Shown: piece by piece, positions 25,987 through 38,704 of the stretch
Layout: each line of letters opens with the position of its first letter
How positions within the stretch are numbered: the stretch's first letter is position 1
Source of the DNA: Octopus vulgaris
Lineage: Eukaryota
Reading direction: 5' to 3'
Assembly (NCBI GenBank): GCA_951406725.2
Contig: OX597814.1
Coordinates: 198,214,001-198,278,000, forward strand
DNA length: 64,000 nucleotides
Program-made: the position numbers and the translations under genes
Notes under the pieces: generated by a model
The model's database searches: none
Seen by the model: only the letters and a program-made list of their open reading frames with translations
Told to the model about the DNA's origin: nothing

Positions 25987-28900
25987 CCCTCCATTATTAT
26001 CATTGAGAATTAAGATGATGACCCTTTAGCAATTAAGGGTCAAACTTGCAAGTAAAACCATCAAGGAGTGGTTTCATGGGTCTCTTTTTAATTGATATGA
26101 ATAAAACTTGATTAGTCGAATAATGATATTTGTATATCGTTCGAAAGGATAAAAGATTAAATATTTTAAAGAACAACTAATAAGCAAAAAATATATTAAT
26201 TTAATTTTCAGTAGGAAACTGATTAGAATTCCTCAGATAAAAACTGAATAAAAGTGATGGGAGTCACAGAGCTGCTTCCATGCTCTCCCTTGCATCGATG
26301 CAGACGTGGCTTGTGATAAAAAGCTTGCTTTTAAACCACATGGTACTGGGTTCAGTTCCATTGCATGGTAATTCCAGCACGTGTCTTTCTACTATAGCCT
26401 TGGGTTGACTAAAGCCTTGTGATTGAATTTGGTAGACAGAAACTGAAAGAAGCCCAGTGCATGTATGTGTGTGTGCATGTGTTTACATTCCTGTAACTTA
26501 GCAGTTCAGCAAAAGAGACTGATAGCATAAGTACCATCCCGCATGGCCGTGGTCTAGTGGCCAAAACAAGTAAGAGATAAAAGATAACAGTAGAAAATCA
26601 TCATCATTTAACGTCCGTTTTTTCCATGCTGGCATGGGTTGGACAGTTTGACTGAGGGCTGGCAAGCCAGAAGGCTGCACCAGGCTCCAATCTGATCTGG
26701 CAGTGTTTCTACAGCTGGATGCCCTTCCTAACGCCAACCACCCCGAGAGTCTAGTGGGTGCTTTTTTATGTGCCACCAGCACAGGAGCCAGTCAGGTGGG
26801 CCTGGCATTGATCACATTCGGATAGTGCTTTTTGCGTGCTACCAGCATGGGGGCTGGCCAGGGGGTACTGTCATCAGCCATGTTCAGATGTTAATTTTTA
26901 TATGCCACCGGAACAAGAACCAGTCAGTGGGTACTGGCAATGGCCATGTTCGGATGGTGCTTTTTAGTTGGAATGTAAGCTAATCAATAATAGAAATTAG
27001 CATTCAACAAAGAATGTGACAGCTGCTGTTGCTATCACAACAGGGTTTCTATGGTTGCATGCCCTTCCTAATGCCAACCACTTTGCAAAATGTACTGGGT
27101 GCTTCTTTTATTGTACTGGTACCAGTGAAGTAGTTCACCAAATAACTTTCAAGACAAGACACCCTCAAGTCAGCTGAGTGTGAGCGTGAGTGGAGGTGTA
27201 GGGAGCTAAAACAAAATTTCTAGAATTAATATGAAAGTCAAATCCATCCCATGATCTGGGAACTGACCCATAGGAGAATGAACTATAGATATCCTTTCAA
27301 AATTATGGCTTGAGACCCTGATAGAGAATAGAGGAGTCGAGATTGCTGATGAAATGGGATGTGTGACAGGACCATCACCAGGTCCAACGATGAGGAACCT
27401 CTCGCATATAGACTATAATGATGATGATGATGATATTGATGATAGTGTTGAAGGCAGTGATGACAATGATAACGAGGAGGAGGAGGAGGCGGAAGAGGAG
27501 AAGGAGGAAATATATATTCCCAGCTCAAATCTGGATTCATACGTCTTCTGCATTCCTAGAGATGGCACTAATGTCTGCCATTGCTAGGCATTCATTAATG
27601 CACAACAAGTGAATCCAAAAATCTTAATTCTCAACAATAATAATGGAGGAAATAATAATAGTAGTAGTAGTAGTAGTAGTAGTAATAGTAATAGGTCTCT
27701 GGGTAAGACTTGGAGCCAACTTGTACAAATATAAATCAAAAGTCAAACATAGAATAATAATAATAATAAACAAAATGCCATATGTTACTTACCACTTTTT
27801 CTAAATGTCTTAACTCATCTTCCATTTGATCAGCTCTGTAACTAACAGCCAAAATTATATGTCTTACACCAGCCTGAAAGGGTCAAGATAAAAATAAAGA
27901 CTTCAAAAACAAGGAATTCAAAAATACTTGCTTCCATCAAACAACCCTATTTTATGCCATCTTTACTTTTGCACCAGCAGTAAAAAAATTTGTTATAAAG
28001 GGTTTTTTTCTTCAGGTTTTTAACTGTGTATCATCATCATCATTTAACGTCCGCTTTCCATGCTAGCATGGGTTGGACGGTTCAACTGGAGTCTGGGGAG
28101 CCCGAATGCTGCACCAGGCCAGTCAGATCTGGTAGTGTTTCTACAGCTGGATGCCCTTCCTAACGCCAACCACTCCGAGAGTGTAGTGGGTGATTTTATG
28201 TGCCACCGACACAGGTGCCAGACGAGGCTGGCGAACGGCCACGCTCGGATGGTGTTTTTTATATATATATATATGTATATATATAATATATAAATATATG
28301 CATATATACATACATACATATATATGTATATATACGTGCATATATGGGTACAGGACATCAAAAACACGTTGAACGCAATGAGAAACGAAAACATAAAAAC
28401 AAAAACATAGAAACAAACTTCTTTTCGAACAACGAAAAAAACAAACAGAGAAACGAGACAAGCAACATAAAGAATATTCCCCTTCATCAGTTGTCTCTTT
28501 TTCATCTACTCTGCATTACGAAGGCAAGGACAATACGCGACTTCTTTGAAACAGTCCTTCCTGCAAAGCAAATTAAATAAAATTTGGGATTTTTTGCAGA
28601 GGGTGAAAGTGGTAACAAGACACCAATATTTACTGGAAAATAGTAATCGATATAAATACGATGCTATTGTAAAGCTTCGCTGCGTATTTACTGGCAAAGA
28701 CGTGTGTGTGCAACAAACATGAAAAATTTGTCTGACCTCTAGGAAGAACATTCAATAAATGGACAAACCAGAATTGGATATCTTTATCTATAAAACTGAA
28801 GTTGTGTGAGAGTCTGTCTCCTCCGATTTAGATTCCTAACTACTCCCACATTTTGCGGTGCAGTTTAACCAAAAGCGGGTATCTTATAGTCGTGATTCAT

Positions 28901-30014
28901 ATCGAGCCCTTCTGGGTATTAGCGCGTGTCTACGATGAGTCTCCGATTTAAAAAAAAATTTACCATCATTTTTTGGTTTTTTTAATGAATTTTTTGCTCG
29001 GTTTATATAAGGGAAGTAATGGAAATTCCAGATGTGTTACCAGTGCCGGTGGCATGTAAGAGAACCTTCTGTTTCGCGACCATTGCCAGCGCCGCCCCGA
29101 CTGGCCTCGTGCCGGTGGCACGTAAAAAGCACCATCCGTTTGTGTCCGTTGCCAGCCTCGCCTGGCCCCCGTGCCGGTGGCACATAAAAAGCACCATCCG
29201 TTCGTGGCCGTTTGCCAGCTCTGTCTGGCACCTGTGCGGGTGGCACGTAAAAAGCACCCACTACACTCACGGAGTGGTTGGCATTAGGAAGGGCATCCAG
29301 CCGTAGAAACACTGCCAGATCTGACTGGGCCTGATGAAACCTTCTGGCTTCACAGACCCCAGTAGAACCGTCCAACCCATGCTAGCATGGAAAACGGATG
29401 CTAAACGATGATGATGATGATAGTTATTTCCCTTACAAACCCGAGCAACGCCAGGTGATACTGCTAGTTTGAAATATTGTCTAGGTAAATGCAGCTGATG
29501 AAGACCGATCAAATTTACGTTGTCAAACGTATTTGAAGAGTCAGAAACCGGTCCTGCATTATTCGATGCTGGGTTGTCCATTTATCTCATGTTCTTCCTA
29601 GAGGTAAGGTAAAATTTTCATCTTTGTTGCACACACACATCTTTGCCAGTACATATGCAGTAAAGCTATACAATAGCGTCGTATTTGTATCAATTGCTAT
29701 TTTCCAGTAAATATTGGCGCCTTGTACCACTCATCTGTTTTTATATGTATGCTTCTACCCTTATGGGGCTTTATATTACTGGAAAGTAATACATTTGTAT
29801 TGCAGACCCTTCTGTCTGGCAGTCAGTCGCCATGATAGATCGTTAGCCGATACACACGTTGTTTTCTCTCCTTGTTTTTTTCTGTGTCCCTTTCTGTAGA
29901 AGAGCATAGGCTCGAAACGTAAAAGACTTTTTTCTATTCCTGAGCATTATACTAAATACATCTGTTTTTTTTCTACACCACCTGTCTTTGTCTTTTTTTT
30001 TTTTCATAAACTCT

Positions 30015-30077
<63 letters not shown>

Positions 30078-30519
30078 GCTCTATGATAAAATATTTTAAT
30101 TTTTTTCCCATCAACCTTGCATCAAACTAATTCAGATTTTTACACTTTATTAACTGATTTTTCACCAACCGACCACAACTAGGGTCCTGAGACCCATCAA
30201 ATGAATAGGGAGGCAGATGATAGACATCATCACAGCATACATGACACACACATACAAACAAAAGCACACATAGTGCATGCACACATACACACACAAGTGT
30301 GTACACACACACAGTACACACACACACATGCAGTACACACGCACAGTATACACACACACACACATGCACAGACACACACACACTACTTACCTCAACAAGA
30401 GCTTCAATTTGATGCAGCAGCATTGGTTTGTTTCCAAACTCAACTAAAGGTTTCGGATGGCTCAAAGTGAGAGGCCGGAGCCTGGTGCCATAACCTCCAA
30501 CGAGTATAAGGGCCTTCAT
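15416..30519 (-). CDS. GMPPB: Mannose-1-phosphate guanyltransferase beta (GDP-mannose pyrophosphorylase B), complete spliced CDS: join(30391-30519,27793-27873,24856-24904,24158-24300,21685-21843,19722-19800,19052-19179,18110-18292,15416-15547)
   Basis: Exon sizes 129+81+49+143+159+79+128+183+132=1083 nt, open frame throughout, all GT-AG. Motifs: [18 protein letters not shown]...[39 protein letters not shown], hexapeptide beta-helix, C-terminal PEPQIIM*. 360 aa, the length I recall for human GMPPB. Confidence 0.97.
15610..16152 (+). mobile_element. Retroposon family D with internal ~60-bp minisatellite and (GAT)n tail. Other copies: ~750-1170(-), 2669-3230(-), 20390-20728, 21146-21660, 24372-24688, 29020-29420, 33676-34120(-), 48075-48681, 58530-58990, 61430-61820
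   Basis: Variable number of GTGGCACRTAAAAAGCACCATC units, then a conserved AGGAAGGGCATCCAGCTGTAGAAAC...CCAACCCATGCTAGCATGGAAA...GGACGTTAAAC(GAT)n 3' end. Confidence 0.8.
18110..18292 (-). CDS. GMPPB: GMPPB exon 8 ([18 protein letters not shown]...[14 protein letters not shown]), left-handed beta-helix region
   Basis: ttgcag| acceptor, |gtaagt donor, 183 nt, phase 0-0. Confidence 0.96.
19052..19179 (-). CDS. GMPPB: GMPPB exon 7 ([43 protein letters not shown])
   Basis: ttgcag| acceptor, |gtaagt donor, 128 nt. Confidence 0.96.
19722..19800 (-). CDS. GMPPB: GMPPB exon 6 ([26 protein letters not shown]-)
   Basis: ttttag| acceptor, G|gttggt donor, 79 nt, PTSxEKEVFP motif; absent from the ORF track. 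Confidence 0.94.
19898..20320. mobile_element. MITE with GG termini and 8-bp TSD (Merlin-like)
   Basis: TIRs GGATCTTTTCGGTTTGAACGGCA / TGCCGTTCAAACCGTAAAGATCC; perfect TSD TTCATTTA at 19890-19897 and 20321-20328. Confidence 0.88.
21685..21843 (-). CDS. GMPPB: GMPPB exon 5 ([13 protein letters not shown]...[18 protein letters not shown]...KRIQ)
   Basis: cag| acceptor, |gtatgt donor, 159 nt. Confidence 0.96.
22870..23130 (-). mobile_element. RTE-like LINE 3' fragment
   Basis: Minus-strand translation [32 protein letters not shown]...DNLIVDTGL, with stops. Confidence 0.65.
24158..24300 (-). CDS. GMPPB: GMPPB exon 4 ([48 protein letters not shown])
   Basis: tacag| acceptor, |gtgagt donor, 143 nt, phase fits exon 3. 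Confidence 0.96.
24856..24904 (-). CDS. GMPPB: GMPPB exon 3 ([16 protein letters not shown]-)
   Basis: tag| acceptor, G|gtgaat donor, 49 nt, EPLGTA motif split across the intron. Confidence 0.93.
25029..25594 (-). mobile_element. Internally deleted mariner transposon
   Basis: TIRs TTGGGTTGTCCGGAAAG / CTTTCCAGACAACCCAA, TA on both sides. ORF 25102-25374 encodes the transposase C-terminus ([23 protein letters not shown]...GIFKLKERW). Confidence 0.93.
27793..27873 (-). CDS. GMPPB: GMPPB exon 2 ([27 protein letters not shown])
   Basis: tttcag| acceptor, |gtaagt donor, 81 nt, conserved LAVSY motif. Confidence 0.95.
28781..29467 (+). mobile_element. Helitron-type element, same family as 5684-6062, interrupted by a retroposon at ~29020-29420
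   Basis: A|TC ... CTAG|T termini; interior nearly identical to 5700-5920. Confidence 0.8.
29488..29560 (+). ncRNA. Minimal type I hammerhead ribozyme motif (Penelope-like)
   Basis: Stem I AATGCAG/CTGCATT, core CTGATGA, long stem II, GAAA-CCGG-TC (palindromic loop III, GUC site); extra A next to the core. Confidence 0.7.
30391..30519 (-). CDS. GMPPB: GMPPB coding exon 1 ([43 protein letters not shown])
   Basis: ATG at 30519. Acceptor tgtttcag| 13 nt upstream (exon starts 30532) implies a 5'-UTR exon further upstream. Donor GAG|gtaagt. Confidence 0.96.
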
Positions 30520-30789
30520 TGCTGCAAGGAATCTGAAACAGCAAAGGAACTGCAATTACACAAGGTTTACTTACAACTATGTTCGTAACTATACATACGT
30601 GCCTTGTTTCACCTCTGTACACATATACATTGTCCAAGCACATAGTCTTGGGTTCAGTTCCACTGCATGGCACCTTGGACATGTGTCTGCTGTTATAGCC
30701 CTGAGCTGACTGAGGCCTTGTGAGTGGGACTGGTTGTCAGAAACTGAAAGAAGCCTATTGTGTGTGTGTGTGTGTGTGTGTCTGCATGT

Positions 30790-30963
30790 ATGTAGATAAA
30801 CAGATAGATGGATAGTTCCATGGATAAATAGATTCAGAGAGACAAACAGATAGATAGATAAATAGACAAACAGATAAACAGACAGGCAGACAGATAGATA
30901 GATAGACAGACAGATAGATAGATAGACAGACAGAAATAAATAGGGAGACAGACAGATAGCAAG

Positions 30964-30997
<34 letters not shown>

Positions 30998-31075
30998 AAA
31001 GAGATAGACAGATAGATAGAGAGACAGACAGACAGATAGATAGATAGACAGACAAACGGACAGATAGACAGATAG
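30790..31075. repeat. (GATA/GACA)n compound microsatellite
   Basis: Seen directly. Confidence 0.95.
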
Positions 31076-31452
31076 TTGTATGTACACATATATGTGTGAG
31101 TATGTGTGTTTGTGTTTCCTGGTCTTGACATTGCATGCTTGTTTTAAATGAATGCCATTCATTTCCAATATTATGCGAATACATCTCTGGCCATGGAAAC
31201 AGGTATGGCAACCGGAAGAGCATCCAACCAAAGAAAATCTGCCCTAATAGGCTCCATCAAATCCATGCAAACATAGAAAAGTGGATAGGTGCAGGCATGG
31301 CTATGTGGTAAGAAGCTTGCTTCCCAACCACATGGTTCCGGGTTTAGTCCCACCAGGTGGCACCTTGGATGGGTGTCTTCTGCTATAGCCCCAGGCCAAC
31401 CAATGCCTTGTGAGTGGATTTGGTAGACGGAAACTGAAAGAAGCCTGTCATA

Positions 31453-31499
<47 letters not shown>

Positions 31500-34400
31500 A
31501 TGTGTTTGTGTTTGTCCCCCTAGCATTGCTTGACAACCGATGCTGGTGTGTTTATGTTCCCGTCACTTAGTGGTTCAGCAAAAGAGACCGATAGAATAAG
31601 TACTGGGCTTACAAAGAATAAGTCCCGGGGTCAATTTGCTCGACTAAAGGCGGTGCTCCAGCATGGCCGCAGTCAAATGACTGAAACAAGTAAAAGAGTA
31701 AAGAGTAAAAGAGTACAATTTATGTTCCTAACACTAGCTTAATGATAACGAAGTTATTTTACTAAATTCTTTGTTATATTTAAAGTAATTGAAAGAAACA
31801 CAGAGTATTTCAAAATAAATACTGTAACAAAAGGGTTAAATCAAGAAATATTTTATCAATTATACTTTAGCGATATTTCATCTGTCTTTACATTCTGAGT
31901 TCAAATTCTGCTGAGGTTGACTTTGCCTTTCGTCCTTTTAGGGTTGATAAATTAAGTTCCATTTCATACTGGGGTTGATCTAATCAAGTAGCCCCACTCC
32001 CTAAAGATTTTGGGCCTTGTTCCTAGAGTAGAAAAGAATATTGGATTTCTATGAAGGCGGCAAGCTGGCAGAAACATTAGCCAGGCAAAATGCTTAGTGG
32101 TATTTCGTCTGTCTTTATGTTCTGAGTTCAAATTCCAGCGAAGTCAACTTTGCCTTTCATCCTTCCATCCTTTCCTTCTGGGAAAAATAAGCTGATGAAA
32201 CTACAGCTAGGGTCATGACGAATGTCCTCCTAAAATTGGAGCGACATGCGTGCTAATTTGTGAACGTGCATAAATTACATTCACACACACATCCTGCCTT
32301 TTATATATACAGATACATATATATATAACGTGTGCCTGTATATGTGTGTTTTGGGAGAGTGTATGCATGTTTGTGTCTTCATGTCTTGACATGACTTAGT
32401 TGTTGTAAACAAATGCCACTCATTTAGAATATTCTGTGGAAGCATATCTGGTAGGGGTTGACAACAATATCTGGCTATAGAAAATCTGCCTCAATAAATT
32501 CTGTCTGACCCTAGCAACAATGGAAAAGTGGACATGAAGAAGATGATGATGATATTGTCAGCCAGGTCTTTTTATTTATTTATCTCTTTTACTCTTTTAC
32601 TTGTTTCAGTCATGTGACTGTGGCCATGCTGGAACACCGCCTTTAGTCGAGCAAATCGACCTCCAGGACTTATTCTTTGTAAGCCTAGTACATATTCTAT
32701 TGGTCTCTTTTGCCAAACTGCTAAGTTACGGGGATGTAAACAAACCACCATCGGTTGTCAAGCGATGTTGGGGGGGACGATAAACACAGACACACAAACA
32801 TATATATATATATATATATATATATACGACGGGCTTCTTTCAGTTTCCGTCTACCAAAGCCACTCACAAGGCTTTGGTCAGCCCGAGGCTATAGTAGAAG
32901 ACACTTGCCCAAGGTGCCACGCAGTGGGACTGAACCCGTAACCATGTGGTTCATAAGCAAGCTATTTACCACACAGTCACTCCTATGCCTTATTTATTTA
33001 TTAATTTTCCAAAGATACTAGAACGTGATGTGGCTGCTATGTCTAGTATAGACATAGCAGCCACATAAAAGCTCCATCATCAGCTTAATAATCAAACCAA
33101 CAAAATGTGTGTGAGATTGGTGACATGAACATTGCTTGGCAACCGATTTGTTAATCGGCTGACTTAACGAATAAATCATGACAGGTTTCACAACTAACAA
33201 AAAAATAACATACAGGACACATCAGCAGGAAAACAGAAATGTAAAAAAAAAAAAGAAAAAAAAAGCAAATAAGTAAATCAAAACTGAAGTATAACAAAAT
33301 AAAAAAAATCTCTTTTGGTTATGTTCCAATGAAAATATATTCAGTATTATGATTGACTTAGCTGGCATCTGTTGTGACAAGTCTCAAGAAGGCTGACTAT
33401 GCTAAATATATTTCTTTATTACCCACAAGGGGATAAACACAGTGGAGACAAACAAGGACAGACAAAGCGATTAAGTCGATTCCATCAATTCCAGTGCGTA
33501 ACTGGTACTTAATTTATCGACCCCGAAAGGATGAAAGGCAAAGTCGACCTCGGCGGAATTTGAACTCAGAACGTAACGGCAGACGAAATACGGCTACGCA
33601 TTTCGCCCAGCATGCTACTGTTTCTGCCAGCTCGCCGCCTTTGACTATGCTAAATAGTTTACTGAACCTGAACTTCATCATCATCATCATTTAACGTCCG
33701 TTTTCCATGCTAGCATGGGTTGGACGGTTCAACCAGGGTCTGGCAAGCCAGGAGGCTGCACCAGGCTCCAGTCTGATCGGGTAATTTTTCTACAGCTGGA
33801 TGCCCTTCCTAATGCCAACCACTCCGAGAATGTAGTGGGTGCTTTTTTACGTGTCACCAGCACAAGTGCCAGGGGAGGCTGGCAAATGGCCACGATCGGT
33901 TGGTGCTTTTTATGTGCCACCAGCATGGAAGCCAGCCAAGGTGGTGCTGGCATCGACCATGTACGGGTGGTGCTTTTTATGTGCCAGGGGAGGCTGGCAA
34001 CGGCCACGATCAGTTGGTGGTTTTTACGTGCCGCTGACACGGAAGCCAGTCAAGGCGGTGCTGGCATCAGCCACATACAGATAGTGCTTTTTAGGTGCCA
34101 GGGCAGGCTGGCAACAGCCACTTAAATAAATAGATCTTATAGCACAGGACCAACAACCTGCTCTTGAAGGTTTGTTTGTTTGACCCTTTGGCATTCAGAT
34201 TACTCTGTCAAATGTTATCCTTATTTATTCACATTGTTTTGAATTAATCATGCATTTATAATGCCTGGATTCTCCACTTATTAATTTATAGGTGTAGGAG
34301 TGGCTGTGCGGTAAGTAGCTTGCTTACGAACCACATGGTTCCAGGTTCAGTCCCACTATGTAGCACCTTGGGCAAGTGTCTTCTACTATAACCTCGGGCC

Positions 34401-36688
34401 GACTAAAGCCTTGTGAGTGGATTTGGTAGATGGAAACTGAAAGAAGCCTATCGTATATATGTATATATATATGTGTGTGTGTTTGTGTGTCTGTGTTTGT
34501 TCCCCCAACATCACTTGACAACCGATGCTAGTGTATTTACGTCCCCATAACTTAGCAGTTCAGCAAAAGAGACAGATAGAATAAGTACTGGGCTTACAAA
34601 GAATAAGTCCTGGGGGTCGATTTGGTTGACTAAAGGCGGTGCTCCAGCATGGCCACAGTCATATGACTGATACAAGTAAAAGTGTAAAAGAGTATCTTGT
34701 AGCTTCAAGAGTTCAGTGATGTAATTGTTTAATTTTAGAATGACTTTGTAAGGTAGGTATGAGAGATTCAGTGGCAACTCTAGCATCTTGGCTGCTTGGG
34801 CTTAGCCCAAGTATAAATTTAGGAAAGCGAATGTGTATTTACAGGCTGATTTAATTTCTGCCAACACTGACTTCAAGTATGTAATTGTAGTCAATAACTC
34901 GGGCTCCTTTTATTGAGCCTGGTCGCAGTTCATTTATTTCCATTCAGCGTCTGGCAGTCGTTTTAGAGATGCCCTGTGTCAAAAAACATCATTCGTAGCA
35001 GACGTTCTCTTGACTTCATTCACACATGCCTGACTCAGGCTCAGAAGTCACAGCCCGAGTTGTTATCTATAATCATAAAAATTAAAATTAATTCAAATTC
35101 AATTTTACAGAGATGTACTTGCATAGCAAGTGACCTGATCTGAGATCATGTGCTGGAACGAAAACAATTGCAGCGTGGAAGGTGTTTATAAGCCATTTAA
35201 GAAACACACAAAAGCCATTAGATTCATTTCAACATTTAAATTTAATTTGTCAAAATATTTTCGGCGCTTTGAAACCGCGACCTGTTCATTGACAAAACTT
35301 CGTGCTGCATCTCAAATTCAAAGTTTTCTTGAAACAATAAATTTCTATAGAGATTAGGATTTAAATTCAAATCTATGAAAAGTTTCCGTTCTACAATATT
35401 TTTAAAGGAACGAAAAATTATCCAGCAACTTGGGCTAATACAAACGAGCCTGGTAGGTGTAAAAGATAACTGGCATCTCTTGTCAAGAGTACAGGCGATA
35501 ATCAGATTGTGATGTTTGTAGTGCACTCCGGTGTCGTTATTCGATTGCTGTTATTCTGTGCGTCTGTGTGTAAAGATCAGTTGTGTTTTGCTGGGTTGCT
35601 TTATTTTTACTCTTAACTTAGAGATGGAGAAAGAAATAGTGCTAGATATGAAAAAATAAGACATTTGGGGCTAGAAATATTGCAGAAAAACATGAAATTC
35701 TTTGAGCAGGCATATCTCATGTAAAATTTGTTACATTGATGGCCTGTAGTAGCCTCTGGAGAGGTTGGATCTGGCCAGTTTGAATCTAAAATAGGTAGAA
35801 TATTTGGGCCAGATATGGCCAGTTTAAATAAAAATGGACTACCCCTTATTCCTTGGGGTTCATAGTCATGCAAGTTGTATGAAGACCTCGTCCATAGAAA
35901 CCATGCCAAAGTAGACACTGGCACACAATGTAGTACTTGGGACCATTGGATCTTGAGAAACTGTTAAACCCATGCCAGCATGGAACATGGATGTTAAATG
36001 GCAATGATTATCTAGATGACACAATTAAGTGAAGTCATAGCCGTGAGGGTTAAAGATTTAACTGGAAAAGATTATATACTAAGGCGGTGAGCTGGCAGGA
36101 ACGTTAGCACACCGGGCTAAATGCTGAGCAGTATTTCGTCTGCCGTTACGTTCTGAGTTCAAATACCGCCGAGGTCGACTTTGCCTTTCATCCTTTCAGG
36201 GTCGATTAAATAAATACCAGTTATGCACTGGGGTCGATATAATTGACGTAATCCGTTTGTCTGTCCTTCATTGTCCCTTCTGTGTTTAGCCCCTTGTGGG
36301 TAGTAAAGAAATAGGTTAAAGATTTAACTGGTATCCATGTATCCATGGTGATAGCTTTCTAATAAGACTGACTGACTGTACTAAACAGGTTTTCTGAACT
36401 TGAACTTGTTTAAAAAAGAAAATTTTATTACAAAGTGTCAATAACCTGCTGTTGCATAATGTTTGTTTGGTTAAAGAAGGATAGGCCAAGTGAAGTCGCA
36501 GGTGTGAAGGTAAAGAACCAATCAAGAGCAGGCAGAGCTATCTGGGTACAAAGTTCACTTAATAACTGCATGGCTCTGGGTACAACTACAATACCTTGAG
36601 TGAGTGTTTATAATTTTTTTTACAGTAGTCTTAGGTTAACAAATACATCAAAGTAGAATTGGAAATGGAAACTGTGTAGAAGCCTACA

Positions 36689-36790
36689 GTATGTATATAT
36701 GTATGTATGTACATGTATGTATGTATGTATGTATGTATGTATGTACATATGTATGTATGTATGTATGTGTGTGTGTATGTGTGTATGTAC

Positions 36791-36821
<31 letters not shown>

Positions 36822-36872
36822 CATATGTATGTATGTATGTATGTACATATGTATGTATGTATGTATGTATGT
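36689..36872. repeat. (TATG)n microsatellite
   Basis: Seen directly. Confidence 0.95.
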
Positions 36873-38704
36873 CTGCAATTATCCAGTTTATTACAAGATT
36901 TCTCGCCAATAGAGAAAGAATCGGTTTCTAACCCAGATCCAAGACTCCTTCATTGGAATTGCATCATCAACAACAGGGTATTTTTGTATGAATGAATGAA
37001 TGAACCAATGTACGTGCAGATTTGTATGTTTTACGTATGTATTCTCATGCATATACTTGCATATTTAAACATGCTCATATCTATTTAAATAGTATGTATC
37101 ATCATCATCATAATCATTTTAACATCTACTTTTCCATGTTTGCACAAGTCATTCAAAGTTTGTTGAGATAGTTTCTACAGTTGGATGCTCTTCCTGGGCC
37201 AAACCTCACCTGTTTCCAAATAAGGTGATGTTTTCCACTACTCAGGATATATTTTTAAAAAGATTGCAAACAAAAGTCACCATTTCTATGCTAGTAATGT
37301 TTGTTTATTATTAGTCAGAGACATCATCGTTTAACATCCGTTTTCCATACTAGGATGGGTTGGACAGTTCGACCAGGGTCTGGGAAGCCAGGGGGCTGCA
37401 CCAGACTCCAGTCTGATCTGGCAGTGTTTCTACAGCTGGATGCCTTTCCTAATGCCAACCACTCCATGAGTGTAGTGGGTGCTTTTTACGTGCCACCGGC
37501 ACAGGTGACAGGTGAGGCTTGCATCAGCCATGATCGGTTGGTGCTTTTTACATGCCACCGGCACGGAAGCCAGTCAAGGTAGCGCTGGCATTGGCCACAT
37601 TCGGATGGTGCTTTTTACGTCCCACAATCATCATTTAATGTCTGTATTCCATGCTGGCATGGATTGGACAGTTTGACAGAATTCAGCAGGTCCAAGAACA
37701 GCATGGTGTTCTAGTGTCTGTTTTAACATGATTTCTACAGTTGGATGCCCTTCCTAACACCAACCACTCCAAGAGTGTAGTGGGTGCTTTTTATGTGCCA
37801 TATCCTAGATGAATATTGGATATAGAATTTAACAGAGCGGAGGTAAGATCAATGTGAGACTCGTGAGACTCCAAAACGCACTCTCAATGACTTCTACCGA
37901 CCCGTCATCTCAACCAATATGTTAGTCTTTATAAGAGTTCGGCTAGTCTGTTCTTCCAATCCCCAGGGGTATCAATGACTCTCATCACAACACATACATT
38001 ACACACACACATATATATATGACAGGCTTCTTCTCAATTTCCATCTTCCAAATTCATTCTCAAAGCTTTAATTGGTCCAGGGTTATACCTGAAGACAACA
38101 GAACCAGAAACCAAACGGTTGCAAAACAAACTCCTAAATCACACAGCCACACTTGTACCAAAGTATGTATATTATCTTCTATATATTTGTGAAAAGGGTG
38201 GACATTGTCTCGCAAGCAGTTGTTCAGGCAAAAGTGTTAGTAAATGTGGTCGGATTGACCTGAAAATTTGCACACCTATGTTAAAAGTGCTGGGGAGTTT
38301 GCATGGCAACTTTCAGTTTGCTCAATTGAAAGGCATGGCCTCTAGGGCAAAATTCCTCGTCTTTCAAATGTGGCCTGAGTAGACCTGAATGAAATCAGGT
38401 TATAATACTAGTATTATATATTTTGCCACATGTTGAACAAAGATATAAACCACAACAAGAAATCAGTGCACTTTGAACAAAATCAACTAAGATATAAATA
38501 CTTCCTTGTCACACCCAGCCACAAATAACGCAGCGAACCAATGATTAATCCATTAGAATTACACACCTACACATACGACAGCTTAGCTTTTTGTCCAGCT
38601 GATACAAACAAAATTATGGGCTGAGCTATGGTATTAGTAATTAAGCAAAAATAAAAAGTCATGTTCATAGACCATACAATAAATATGTGTTTCTATTATT
38701 TTAC

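Noticed and set aside
25660-26230. ~135-bp AT-rich direct duplication (25662-25797 and 26088-26226)
   Set aside because: Diverged, no motifs; ordinary local duplication
28455-28497. Minus-strand CTGATGA with stem GAGACAA/TTGTCTC
   Set aside because: The GAAA half of the core is missing; at most a dead remnant
35245-35297. Hammerhead-like fold on the minus strand (TTTGTCA..GAAA..TGACAAA)
   Set aside because: 5' core reads ATGAACA rather than CTGANGA, too divergent to call
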